Of a DNA stretch of 51,928 nucleotides, positions 27,890-37,408 are shown one piece after another. The position numbers and the translations under genes are program-made. Within the stretch, counting starts at the first letter, position 1; every line of letters begins with the position of its first letter. Origin of the DNA: Candidatus Omnitrophota bacterium (GTDB lineage: Bacteria > Omnitrophota > Gorgyraeia > Tantalellales > Tantalellaceae); assembly GCA_043816025.1 (NCBI GenBank), contig JBDRIH010000048.1:1-51928 (forward strand). The letters are read 5' to 3'. The notes beneath the pieces were generated by a model, which made no database searches, was not told the DNA's origin, and saw only the letters and a list, made by a program, of their open reading frames with translations.

Positions 27890-28795
27890 ATGGAAGAATT
27901 CAAGTTTACGGTCGGTGCTACAGAGGCCGGTGACCGTATTGATAAATGTATAACATCTAAACTGGGTGAGGGATATTCCCGCACCTTTGTAAAGTTTCTC
28001 ATGGATAATGATTTTGTCCGCGTTAACGACAAGGCTGTCAAACCTCATTATATCGCGCATGAAGGAGACGAGATTTTTCTAGAGTTGCCGCCGCCGGAAG
28101 CCAAGGACATAGAGCCGGAGAACATCCCGATAAAGATCCTTTACGAGGATGAAAGTATAATCGTGGTGGATAAACCGGCAGGGATGGTAGTTCATCCGGG
28201 CGCGGGAAACAAAACGGGTACGCTGGTGAACGCGCTTCTCTATCATTGCAGCAAACTGCCCGATACCGGCGACGAAACAAGGCCTGGGATCGTGCACAGA
28301 TTGGATAAAGATACCTCCGGGGTTATCGTGGCGGTTAAGAATGACCGTTCTCTTAGGTCACTGGCCAAGCAATTTCAGAAAAGAACCGTTAAAAAGCGTT
28401 ACTGGGCGCTGGTGGAAGGGCGCGTTGAGATGGATAACGGTGTTGTCGAGGCGCCCGTCGCCAGGCACGTTACCGACCGAAAAAAGATGGATGTGGAATA
28501 TACCGGCGGTAAAAAGGCGCGCACGGTTTATCACGTTATCCGCAGGTTCGACAAGTTTACGCTGCTGTGTTTAGAACCGGAGACTGGACGAACACATCAG
28601 ATACGTGTGCACATGAAACATCTCGGCCATCCCGTTCTCGGGGATACCAAATACGGGGCCCGTCCCGTGATAGCCCGGCAGGCGCTTCACGCCGAAATGA
28701 TAGGTTTTACCCATCCGGTTACGGGCAAGCATGTGGAGTTTGCCTCGCCCATGCCGGAGGATATGAAAGAGATACTGAAAAAGGGCGAGTATTAA
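27890..28795 (+). CDS. rluD: RluA/RluD-family pseudouridine synthase
   Basis: S4 domain, KPAGMVVHP, HRLDKDTSG and TGRTHQIRVH motifs. Confidence 0.93.
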   Translation: MEEFKFTVGATEAGDRIDKCITSKLGEGYSRTFVKFLMDNDFVRVNDKAVKPHYIAHEGDEIFLELPPPEAKDIEPENIPIKILYEDESIIVVDKPAGMVVHPGAGNKTGTLVNALLYHCSKLPDTGDETRPGIVHRLDKDTSGVIVAVKNDRSLRSLAKQFQKRTVKKRYWALVEGRVEMDNGVVEAPVARHVTDRKKMDVEYTGGKKARTVYHVIRRFDKFTLLCLEPETGRTHQIRVHMKHLGHPVLGDTKYGARPVIARQALHAEMIGFTHPVTGKHVEFASPMPEDMKEILKKGEY

Positions 28796-28809
28796 CGCAG
28801 GAGATAAGC

Positions 28810-30105
28810 ATGGACTGGAAAATCAGAAAGGCCAGTAGTGGATTAAAGGGTGAACTTGCACTTCCCCCGGATAAAAGCATATCGCACAGGAGCGTAATGT
28901 TTGCATCGATATCCGGCGGCAGGTGCTGTATACGCAACTTTCTTCTTGGCGAGGACTGCATGCGGACGCTTGAGGCGTTCCGCGCCATGGGCGTGGAAAT
29001 AAGCGTCAAAGACAACATGGTCACGGTTCATGGCAGAGGCCTGAAAGGACTTAAAGAACCACAGGGAGAGCTTTATCTTGGGAATTCCGGGACAACGATG
29101 CGCATAATATCCGGGATACTTGCCGGACAGGATTTTACGTCCGTTCTTACCGGTGACGAGTCACTTTCGAGACGGCCCATGAGGCGCATCATCGAACCTC
29201 TTTCACTGATGGGGGCAAGGATCGAGTCTGCCGAAGGTACTTCCTGCGCGCCTTTGAGGATAAAAGGAAAGACGCCTTTAAACCCCATAGATTACAGTAT
29301 GCCCATAGCCAGCGCGCAGGTAAAGTCATGTGTGCTCGCGGCCGGACTGTACGCTAATGGGAAAACATCTGTCAGCGAACCGTTTCAATCCAGGGACCAT
29401 ACTGAACGAATGCTGGAATACTTTTCGGCGGATATTAAAAGAGAGGGCCTGACGACAGAGATCACGGGGCTGGAGGAACTGGCACCCAAAGATCTGGAGA
29501 TCCCAGCTGATATATCGAGCGCCGCTTTTTTTATAGTAGCGGCACTTCTCGTGAAAGGTTCGCGTCTTATCATGCGCGGTGTGGGGCTCAACCCCACACG
29601 GATCGGCATAATCAACGTCCTGAAGAGGATGGGTGCGTCAATCCAGATCCTTGACTGCCGGGAGAGTCTCGAACCCGCGGGCGATATAGAAGTGCGACAT
29701 TCGGATTTAAAGGGCACGGTAGTGGAAGAGGAAGAAATTCCTCTTCTGATTGACGAGATTCCCGTCCTTACAGTCGCGGCGGCCATGGCCGAAGGGACCA
29801 CGGTGATAAAGGGGATTAAGGAACTTAAAGTCAAGGAAACGGACAGGGCCAAGAGTGTAATTGAAAACCTTTCCCGTATGGGGATCCGCCTGGAGGAAGA
29901 AGAGGACACCCTGATAATCCCCGGCAAGAGCGTTCGGCTGAACGCGGCTGAGTTGGACAGTTTCGGCGACCATCGCACTGCTATGAGCATGGCGGTAGCT
30001 GGTCTGGTTTCTGAGGGCACTTGCCTTATCCGGGATACTGCTTGCGTGGACACATCATATCCCGGTTTCTTTGCTGATCTAGAAAAACTAGTAAGGCACG
30101 TTTAA
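28810..30105 (+). CDS. aroA: 3-phosphoshikimate 1-carboxyvinyltransferase
   Basis: DKSISHR, GNSGTT.R, SAQVKS, RDHTERM, VKETDR and DHR.AM motifs; ATG 28810 with RBS aggag. Confidence 0.96.
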   Translation: MDWKIRKASSGLKGELALPPDKSISHRSVMFASISGGRCCIRNFLLGEDCMRTLEAFRAMGVEISVKDNMVTVHGRGLKGLKEPQGELYLGNSGTTMRIISGILAGQDFTSVLTGDESLSRRPMRRIIEPLSLMGARIESAEGTSCAPLRIKGKTPLNPIDYSMPIASAQVKSCVLAAGLYANGKTSVSEPFQSRDHTERMLEYFSADIKREGLTTEITGLEELAPKDLEIPADISSAAFFIVAALLVKGSRLIMRGVGLNPTRIGIINVLKRMGASIQILDCRESLEPAGDIEVRHSDLKGTVVEEEEIPLLIDEIPVLTVAAAMAEGTTVIKGIKELKVKETDRAKSVIENLSRMGIRLEEEEDTLIIPGKSVRLNAAELDSFGDHRTAMSMAVAGLVSEGTCLIRDTACVDTSYPGFFADLEKLVRHV

Positions 30106-30116
30106 ACGTGCCTTAC
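30091..30116. repeat. 26-bp perfect palindrome, GTAG/GTTTAAAC family, copy 3
   Basis: gtaaggcacgttt|aaacgtgccttac; contains the aroA stop codon. Confidence 0.85.
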
Positions 30117-30191
30117 ATTGTGGATAACTAGAAAGGTAGCCCAAGCCACCTTAATTTCGGGTTATCGGGTTAGAGGTCATATAAATAACAT

Positions 30192-30220
30192 TTGACAAAG
30201 GTATTATTATTTGTTACTAT
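30192..30220 (+). promoter_or_regulatory. Sigma70 promoter of the mre operon
   Basis: TTGACA(30192-30197)-N17-TACTAT(30215-30220) with an extended TGn. Confidence 0.7.
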
Positions 30221-30291
30221 TTTCACAGTTTAGTTAACAGAGGGTTACAACCTACCGTTAAAAATATACAGTGTTAGCCGGCATTCTACAC

Positions 30292-31353
30292 ATGATAAGA
30301 CAGCAAATAGCAAAAATTTTTGACAATTTTCTCGGGCTTTTTTCCAGCGATATGGGAATAGACCTGGGGACTGCTTCCACGCTTGTCTATCTTAAAAATG
30401 AAGGTATTGTTCTATGTGAACCTTCGGTTGTGGCTATAGAAGCGGGGACCTCGAATGTTCTGGCCGTAGGAGAAGAGGCCAAGCGCATGTTGGGAAGAAC
30501 CCCGGGTAATATAATAGCGATAAGGCCCATGAGAGACGGGGTTATCGCCGATTTCGAAATCACAGAGGCAATGCTGAGATATTTCATAAAGAAAGTCCAC
30601 AATTCCCGCAGATTAGTCCGTCCGCGGGTCGTTATAGCTATCCCATCAGGTATTACAGAGGTAGAGAAACGCGCGGTCAGGGATTCTGCCCTCCACGCGG
30701 GTGCCAGAGAGGTTTATATGCTGGAGGAGCCGGTAGCGGCTTCGATCGGTGTCGGTCTTCCGATACAGGAACCTTCGGGGAACATGATAATAGATATAGG
30801 CGGCGGAACCACAGAGATGGCGGTGATATCTCTGGCCGGTGTCGTGTTTTCCAAATCTATCCGCATCGGCGGGGATGAGATGGACGAAGCGATCATAAAT
30901 TATCTGAAGAGAACTTATAATCTTATGATAGGGGAAAGAACCGCTGAAGAAGTCAAGATAAGAATAGGTTCCGGCTATCCCATCGAAGAAGAGATGACGA
31001 TGGATGTCAGGGGCCGCGATATTGTCGCGGGGCTTCCCAAGATGATTACCGTAACCAGTGAGGAGATTCGGGAAGCACTTTGCGAACCGATCGCCCAGAT
31101 AGTAGAGGCGGTAAGGATCACACTGGAAAGAACGCCTCCGGAATTGTCAGCAGACCTTATAGAAAAGGGACTGATACTGTGCGGCGGCGGAGCGCTTTTA
31201 AGGGGGCTGGATAAGCTTATAGCCGAGGAGACCGGTCTGCCCGTTCATCTGGCGGATGACCCCTTAACAGCTGTGGCGCTTGGTACTGGAAAGGTGCTGA
31301 GTGAGCTGAGGTACCTCAAGAGGTTGACGATTGCACCCAGCCTGCACAAATAA
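30292..31353 (+). CDS. mreB: Rod shape-determining protein MreB
   Basis: [21 protein letters not shown] and GGGALL motifs; start uncertain (30271/30292). Confidence 0.97.
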   Translation: MIRQQIAKIFDNFLGLFSSDMGIDLGTASTLVYLKNEGIVLCEPSVVAIEAGTSNVLAVGEEAKRMLGRTPGNIIAIRPMRDGVIADFEITEAMLRYFIKKVHNSRRLVRPRVVIAIPSGITEVEKRAVRDSALHAGAREVYMLEEPVAASIGVGLPIQEPSGNMIIDIGGGTTEMAVISLAGVVFSKSIRIGGDEMDEAIINYLKRTYNLMIGERTAEEVKIRIGSGYPIEEEMTMDVRGRDIVAGLPKMITVTSEEIREALCEPIAQIVEAVRITLERTPPELSADLIEKGLILCGGGALLRGLDKLIAEETGLPVHLADDPLTAVALGTGKVLSELRYLKRLTIAPSLHK

Positions 31354-31369
31354 GTAATAACTGTTCGAT

Positions 31370-32146
31370 GTGCCTAGACTTTTTACCAAAAATAGAATCT
31401 GGCTACTTATCGGATGTATCCTTCTAGCGATACTTCTGTTTTCTTTCATCCCTCACTTTTCCTCCGGCATTAAAAATTTTTCCCTCAAAGCATTTTCGAT
31501 TCCAATAAGGGCTTGTTCCCGTATTGGTCAATATTTTAGCAGCAAACGCCTTCTTGTTCAGGAGAACAGCTTTCTGCATAAAAGGGTCGGAGATCTCTCT
31601 CTGGAGGTCGGACAGCTTAAAGAGCTGAGCAGCGAGAACGAGCGTCTCCGTGCGCTTTTGGTCTTTAAGGAGAGAACGAGATTCGATACGATTTCCGCCG
31701 AGGTTATCGCACGTAATCCCAATGACTGGATAGGGTCGTTCGTTATAGATAAGGGAAGCGAGGACGGCATACGGAAGAACTCAGCCGTTTGCTCCGCCAA
31801 GGGCTTGCTGGGAAAGGTAACCGAACCCGAGGCAAGGACCAGTTCCGTAATACTCATAACACACCCCGGTTTCAAGGCCGGCGGTATTATCAAGGATACG
31901 CGGATCAACGGCATTGTTGTGGGTTCAGGAAAAGGCACGGCCCGGATGCTTTATATCCCCATAGACGCGGAAGTACGAAAAGGCGAGATTGTTATAACCT
32001 CGGGTTTCAGCCGGGTTTTCCCAAAAGGCATAACTATAGGTGAGATCGTTTCTGTAGGCAGGAGCAAAACGGGACTGTATAAATATGCGGTAATTAAACC
32101 CTCCGCGAATCTCTTCGACCAGGAAGAAGTCTTGTGTATAAAATAA
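31370..32146 (+). CDS. mreC: Rod shape-determining protein MreC
   Basis: ENERLR.LL, IDKGS.DG and TSG...FPKGI motifs. Confidence 0.93.
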   Translation: MPRLFTKNRIWLLIGCILLAILLFSFIPHFSSGIKNFSLKAFSIPIRACSRIGQYFSSKRLLVQENSFLHKRVGDLSLEVGQLKELSSENERLRALLVFKERTRFDTISAEVIARNPNDWIGSFVIDKGSEDGIRKNSAVCSAKGLLGKVTEPEARTSSVILITHPGFKAGGIIKDTRINGIVVGSGKGTARMLYIPIDAEVRKGEIVITSGFSRVFPKGITIGEIVSVGRSKTGLYKYAVIKPSANLFDQEEVLCIK

Positions 32147-32619
32147 AGAAACGAGTATTCCTTTACGGCTTACTGATGTTTTCCGTTCTGGCCCAGGTCA
32201 TTCTCATGAAACGCGTTGCCTGGTTCCCTGATATCATACTGCTCATGGTAGTTTTTGCGGGTATCTTTCGGGGCGGGATAGAGGCAGCGGTACTTGGTCT
32301 TGTGGCCGGTCTTCTTCGGGGACTCTTTTCGCCTGAAACGCTTCCGATCGATATTTTTATCTTTCCGGCGGTAGGTGTGATCTCTTCCGTGATGACCAGA
32401 ATGTTTTACAGGCAGAACCCCGCCGCTCAGATTTTTACCACGACCATTGCAGTAACTCTAGTTGTGGCGCTTCAGACACTTTACCTGAACGCCACGAGCG
32501 GCAGCGACATAGGAGTGCATATTGTTTTACTGAAGAGCTGGAAGCCTATTGTAGTGACTGTCGTCATCTCTCCGTTTGTGTTTACTTTTCTTAAGGAACT
32601 ATTGCGATTGGAAGAATAG
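32134..32619 (+). CDS. mreD: Rod shape-determining protein MreD
   Basis: Hydrophobic protein with PD..L and G...GLL pattern, between mreC and mrdA. Confidence 0.82.
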   Translation: MYKIKKRVFLYGLLMFSVLAQVILMKRVAWFPDIILLMVVFAGIFRGGIEAAVLGLVAGLLRGLFSPETLPIDIFIFPAVGVISSVMTRMFYRQNPAAQIFTTTIAVTLVVALQTLYLNATSGSDIGVHIVLLKSWKPIVVTVVISPFVFTFLKELLRLEE

Positions 32620-32629
32620 ATAACTTGTC

Positions 32630-34351
32630 ATGAGAACGAAAATATTCGCATTTGTACTTATTTTTTGTATGGCGGTGCTTCTGTTATGCCTGGCCTATGT
32701 CCAGATCGGCCGGCACGAAAGATACAGGGTCATGTCGGAAGAGAACAGGCTTAAGGTTATTCCTTTAATGGCTCCCAGAGGCGGTATTTTTGACAGGAAC
32801 GGAAACGTTTTGGTGAAAGATGTTCTGTGTTTTGACGTTTCCGTCATATACAACCGGATCAAGGATACGGATTTCCTGACGAAGGTTTTAAGTTCTATCC
32901 TGGATGTGCCGGAGGAAAAAATAGCGGCCAATATTAAAAAAGCCCGGGGATACTCCTTTACGCCGATCCGCGTCGCTACCGATATCGGGATAGAGAAAGC
33001 CGTGCATATAGAAGAAATCGGGATGGATTATCCGGGTCTTTTGCTTGAGGTATCCGCCAAGCGAGAATATTTAAACGGAAAGAGCGCGTCGAACATACTG
33101 GGTTACCTGGGGCTTATAAACCGTCCCGAGTTCGAGCGCCTGAAACATTATGGTTATAGGATAAACGATCTGGTGGGCAGAGACGGCATTGAGAAGTATT
33201 ATGATGATTATCTGAGGGGTACGCACGGCGGCAAACAGGTCGAGGTCGATTACCGCGGGCGCGAAGTTACAACGTTGGGACTCAAGGAACCGGGACCGGG
33301 AAGGGACGTCCGCCTTACTATCGACAGCCAGCTCCAGGCCTTTTGTGATAAACTTCTAGAAGGCAAACGCGGTGGCATTATCGCTATGAACCCTGAGAAC
33401 GGGGAAATACTGGCGATGTCCAGCGCGCCTTCTTATGACCCGGAGATCTTTATCGACCAGAAAAGAAGAACGGAAGTTGTCGGCATACTCGAAGACGAAG
33501 AATATCCTTTACTCAACAGGGCCATCGCCGGTGTATATCCCCCCGGTTCGGTTTTCAAAGTCGTCATTGCGGCAGGCGCGCTGGAGGAGGGCGTGATAAC
33601 CCCCGGTACTACATTCGACTGCAAGGGCAGTCTGACCCTTGGTAAGAGTGTTTTTCATTGCTGGCGGGAAAAGGGTCACGGTATTCAGGCTTTGACGGAA
33701 GGCCTGAAAAACTCATGCAATGTTTTTTTCTGGAGACTCGGTTTGATTCTGGGTGTGGACAGGATAGCCGAATATGCTGAAAGGTTTGGTGTCGGCACGC
33801 CCACAGGGATAGATCTTCCTAATGAGGCCGCGGGGATGCTTCCGACACGCGAATGGAAGAAGAAGCGTTTCAACGAGAAATGGTATAAAGGCGAGACAAT
33901 GAATTATTCGGTCGGGCAGGGATATCTGTTGTGTTCCCCGATCCAGGTGGCCCGGATCATGTCTGTGTTCGCCAACGGGGGAAATATGGTGAAGCCCCAC
34001 GTGGTGAGTGAAGTCGGGGGGATATCCGTAAGCGATGGAGAGCGAGAAAAGCTGGGTATTTCCTCCGAGACCATTGAGGCCGTGCGGGAAGGACTGCGGG
34101 AAGTTGTAAATAACCCCAGGGGCACGGGAATGAAAGCGAAGCTGAGAAATGTTGTTGTTGCTGGCAAGACCGGGACGGCCCAGACATCGAAAGGGAAGAG
34201 CCATGGTTGGTTCGCGGGATTTGCGCCTTTTGAGGATGCGAAATTGACTGTCGTGGTCTTTGACGAATACGGGGGCAAGGGCGGATATTACGCGGCCGAG
34301 ACAGCGGGCGAGGTGTTTAAGAAAGCGGATGATCTCGGTCTTTTAAAATAA
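32630..34351 (+). CDS. mrdA: Penicillin-binding protein 2
   Basis: APRG.I.DRNG, YPPGSVFK, SCN and KTGTAQ motifs. Confidence 0.95.
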   Translation: MRTKIFAFVLIFCMAVLLLCLAYVQIGRHERYRVMSEENRLKVIPLMAPRGGIFDRNGNVLVKDVLCFDVSVIYNRIKDTDFLTKVLSSILDVPEEKIAANIKKARGYSFTPIRVATDIGIEKAVHIEEIGMDYPGLLLEVSAKREYLNGKSASNILGYLGLINRPEFERLKHYGYRINDLVGRDGIEKYYDDYLRGTHGGKQVEVDYRGREVTTLGLKEPGPGRDVRLTIDSQLQAFCDKLLEGKRGGIIAMNPENGEILAMSSAPSYDPEIFIDQKRRTEVVGILEDEEYPLLNRAIAGVYPPGSVFKVVIAAGALEEGVITPGTTFDCKGSLTLGKSVFHCWREKGHGIQALTEGLKNSCNVFFWRLGLILGVDRIAEYAERFGVGTPTGIDLPNEAAGMLPTREWKKKRFNEKWYKGETMNYSVGQGYLLCSPIQVARIMSVFANGGNMVKPHVVSEVGGISVSDGEREKLGISSETIEAVREGLREVVNNPRGTGMKAKLRNVVVAGKTGTAQTSKGKSHGWFAGFAPFEDAKLTVVVFDEYGGKGGYYAAETAGEVFKKADDLGLLK

Positions 34352-34401
34352 CCTGCCAGATCTAACCAGGTTAGTCTAACCTGGTTAGATCTGGCGGCAG
34401 G
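34349..34401. repeat. TAACCTG/ATCTAACC palindromic family, copy 2
   Basis: 20-bp perfect arms at 34355-34374 and 34376-34395; begins at the mrdA TAA stop. Confidence 0.85.
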
Positions 34402-34413
34402 ATAAAGGAAAAG

Positions 34414-35514
34414 ATGATGTTAGTCAGAAGAGGACGGATAGACAGGCTCTTATTGTTCGTTGTAATACTGATCTCCATTCTTGGGGTCATTTTTATATAC
34501 AGCGCGACATGGGGCCAGGAAAAAGGCAGCGGTTTGACCTTTAGCGCTCTGGCGCTAAAACAGAGCCTGTGGGTCATGATCGGGTTCGCTTTTCTTTTTA
34601 TAATCGCAAATGTCGATTATCTCAGGATCCTGAACGTTGCTTATCTCGCGTACGGCTTGAATCTTGCGTCGCTTGTTTTTATTCTAATGTTCGGAGGAGA
34701 ACATTACGGCGCCAGGAGGTGGATAGACCTGGGGCCGATTTCTCTGCAGCCTTCCGAATTCGTAAAAATCACCGTGATCCTGGCCCTGGCCACTTTCCTT
34801 GGTGAGAGGCGAGAGAAGATAGGGACTCTTAAAAATTATCTGGGTGCCGTTATATTGATAATGCCTGCGGTGGTTTTGATCTTCCTGCAGCCTGATCTGG
34901 GGACGGCGCTTGTTCTTGTGCCCATACTTTTTTCCATGCTGTTCATATGCGGCGAAAAATTGAAATATCTGTTCTGGAGTACGGCAATAGGCCTGGGGAG
35001 TCTGCCTTTTTTCTGGGGTATGTTGAAAGGGTACCAGAAAACCCGTCTTATGGTTTTTATGAATCCGAATCTGGATCCGCTTGGGGCCGGGTATACCATA
35101 ATACAGTCAAAAATCGCCATCGGTTCCGGCGGTATATTCGGAAAAGGCTGGCTGAGCGGTACGCAGAGCTATCTGAGGTTCCTTCCCGAGAGGCATACAG
35201 ATTTTATATTTTCAGTAATCGGGGAGGAATGGGGTTTTATCGGCGCGGCAGTGCTGATAGGTTTGTATGCGCTGGTCATATTTCGCGGGATAAAAATCAT
35301 ATCGACAGCGAACAATATTTACGGTAAAGCCATTGCTACCGGAGTCGTGACATTAATAGCTTTCCAGGTTCTTGTAAATATATCGATGACGATCGGGCTT
35401 ATGCCGGTTGTGGGTCTGCCTCTTCCGGGTATAAGTTACGGCGGGTCCAATACGGTCGCGTCTCTTATAGGCGTGGGCTTTTTGTTAAGTGTCGGCCGGA
35501 GGGTCAGCCGCTAA
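34414..35514 (+). CDS. rodA: SEDS protein RodA
   Basis: GARRWI, QPSEF.K, QPDLGT, QSKIAIGSGG and LPERHTDFIF motifs; follows mrdA. Confidence 0.95.
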   Translation: MMLVRRGRIDRLLLFVVILISILGVIFIYSATWGQEKGSGLTFSALALKQSLWVMIGFAFLFIIANVDYLRILNVAYLAYGLNLASLVFILMFGGEHYGARRWIDLGPISLQPSEFVKITVILALATFLGERREKIGTLKNYLGAVILIMPAVVLIFLQPDLGTALVLVPILFSMLFICGEKLKYLFWSTAIGLGSLPFFWGMLKGYQKTRLMVFMNPNLDPLGAGYTIIQSKIAIGSGGIFGKGWLSGTQSYLRFLPERHTDFIFSVIGEEWGFIGAAVLIGLYALVIFRGIKIISTANNIYGKAIATGVVTLIAFQVLVNISMTIGLMPVVGLPLPGISYGGSNTVASLIGVGFLLSVGRRVSR

Positions 35515-35518
35515 AGCT

Positions 35519-37279
35519 ATGGACAGTCTAAACCAGATACTCAACAAGGTTCAGAAACCGGGGCGGTACGTAGGAGGAGAGACCAATCAATCCCTCAAAC
35601 GGTTTTCAAAGGACAAGTTTTCCGTAGCCCTGGCATACCCTGACGCATACGAAGTGGGCATGAGCTATCTGGGCTTGCGCATTCTTTATCACCTTCTTAA
35701 CGAGCGGGACGATATTGTATGCGAACGGGTGTTTATGCCCTGGAAAGACATGGAAGAAGAGCTGAAGGACCATTCCCGGAAGCTGTTCAGTCTGGAATCA
35801 AAGACCGCAATAAACAAGTTTGATATAGTAGGATTCTCCCTTTCATACGAATTGACATACACTAATGTCCTTAGCATGCTCCATCTCGGCGGGATAACGC
35901 TCCCCTCAAAAAACCGGCGCGAAGACGAACCCTTGATCATAGCGGGAGGGGCCTGCTGCTATAATCCTGAACCGATGAGCGCGTTTATCGACGTATTTAT
36001 AATAGGTGACGCAGAAGAAGTCCTTCCGAAGTTTATCGATGAATACAGGAGGGCAAGATCCAAGAACCATGGCAGGAAAAAAAATCTCAAGGGCCTCTCC
36101 GGGCTTGAAGGGGTGTATGTTCCGTCCCTCTACGAAGCCGAATATTCCGGGGGGAGATTTTTGGGAATCAAGCCTACAGAAGAAGGTGTAAAGACAGAAG
36201 TCAAAAAAGCAACGGTTACGGACCTGGAGAACGCGTATTATCCGGTAAAACAGATAATGCCTCTGGTAAAGATCGTCCATGACAGGATCGCGGTGGAGGT
36301 AATGAGGGGGTGCCCGAACAGGTGTCGTTTCTGCCAGGCCGGATCCGTTAACCGTCCGGTGCGCATCAGAACCCCGGATCGCGTCAGGGACATATGCCAA
36401 GAAGTTTATAAGCACACGGGTTGCGAGAGGATCGCTCTTTTGTCGCTTTCCAGCGTGAATTACCCGTTTCTGGCGGACCTGGTCAGGAGCTTGAACAGAG
36501 ATTTTCACGAGAAGGGAGTAGGTATATCCATACCTTCACTGCGGGTGGATGAAGCTTTTTACGGTCTTCCGGAAATGATATCAACCATCCGCAAGGCGGG
36601 TTTGACTTTCGCCCCGGAATCGGCCAGCGCTGTTATTCGGGAATCCCTGGGAAAGGACATGGACAGCCAAGTGCTGTGCAAATCGGCTTTGCTCGCGTTT
36701 CGCTACGGCTGGCGCAGGATGAAACTCTATTTTATGGTCGGTTTTCCCGGTGAACCGCAAGATGAGGCGGAAAAAATAGTTAAGCTGGCGCGGGAACTTT
36801 CGGTTTTGAAGAAGACGGTATCCGGCGGCGCCGCCGAGATAAAAGTCAGCGTCAATCCTTTTATCCCTAAAGCGCACACCCCTTTTCAGTGGCTTGGTAT
36901 GAAAGAGAGGTCCGCTCTTTCCCGGGTGAAGGAGGACCTCTTATCTAGTTCTTCCAGGAAGATACAGGTAGAGTTCCATAACCTGGACCAGTCTTTGCTG
37001 GAAGCGTGCCTCTCAAGGGGGGATCGCAGGTTATCCGGCGTTATTTATACGGCATGGCAAAAAGGCGCGCGGATGGACAGCTGGACGGATTTTTTTAATT
37101 TCAAAATATGGGAGGAAGCATTCAGCGAAAACGGACTGGATATTCATGATTATGCCCGCAGGCATTACGCCCTGCGGGATATCTTACCCTGGAGCCATAT
37201 CAACACAGGTGTAGACAGTAAGAACCTCGAAGCGGAACTCGAAGCAAGCGGTTTTCGCGAACAAATAGCGGCATTTTGA
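35519..37279 (+). CDS. Radical SAM protein (TIGR03960-like family)
   Basis: KPGRYVGGE, YPD.YEVGMS.LG, RGCPNRCRFCQA and W..GAR.D.W motifs. Confidence 0.88.
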   Translation: MDSLNQILNKVQKPGRYVGGETNQSLKRFSKDKFSVALAYPDAYEVGMSYLGLRILYHLLNERDDIVCERVFMPWKDMEEELKDHSRKLFSLESKTAINKFDIVGFSLSYELTYTNVLSMLHLGGITLPSKNRREDEPLIIAGGACCYNPEPMSAFIDVFIIGDAEEVLPKFIDEYRRARSKNHGRKKNLKGLSGLEGVYVPSLYEAEYSGGRFLGIKPTEEGVKTEVKKATVTDLENAYYPVKQIMPLVKIVHDRIAVEVMRGCPNRCRFCQAGSVNRPVRIRTPDRVRDICQEVYKHTGCERIALLSLSSVNYPFLADLVRSLNRDFHEKGVGISIPSLRVDEAFYGLPEMISTIRKAGLTFAPESASAVIRESLGKDMDSQVLCKSALLAFRYGWRRMKLYFMVGFPGEPQDEAEKIVKLARELSVLKKTVSGGAAEIKVSVNPFIPKAHTPFQWLGMKERSALSRVKEDLLSSSSRKIQVEFHNLDQSLLEACLSRGDRRLSGVIYTAWQKGARMDSWTDFFNFKIWEEAFSENGLDIHDYARRHYALRDILPWSHINTGVDSKNLEAELEASGFREQIAAF

Positions 37280-37304
37280 CTTTTAGATATATATAATGTA
37301 TTAT
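37276..37304 (+). promoter_or_regulatory. Putative sigma70 promoter of the GGDEF-pilT-pilB operon
   Basis: TTGACT-N17-TATTAT in an AT-rich stretch. Confidence 0.5.
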
Positions 37305-37311
37305 TAATATT

Positions 37312-37378
37312 ATCTAATCTGCCAAATCTAACCAGGTTAGTTTAACCTGGTTAGATTTGGCAAGATCTGTCGGGTTAG
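37312..37378. repeat. TAACCTG/ATCTAACC palindromic family, copy 3
   Basis: 20-bp perfect arms at 37320-37339 and 37343-37362. Confidence 0.85.
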
Positions 37379-37408
37379 CAACAATAACATCTTACCTGGA
37401 GGTTCATT

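Noticed and set aside
28567-28809. 81-aa N-terminal extension of AroA in the ORF track
   Set aside because: It overlaps rluD; ATG 28810 has an RBS and gives a normal-length protein.
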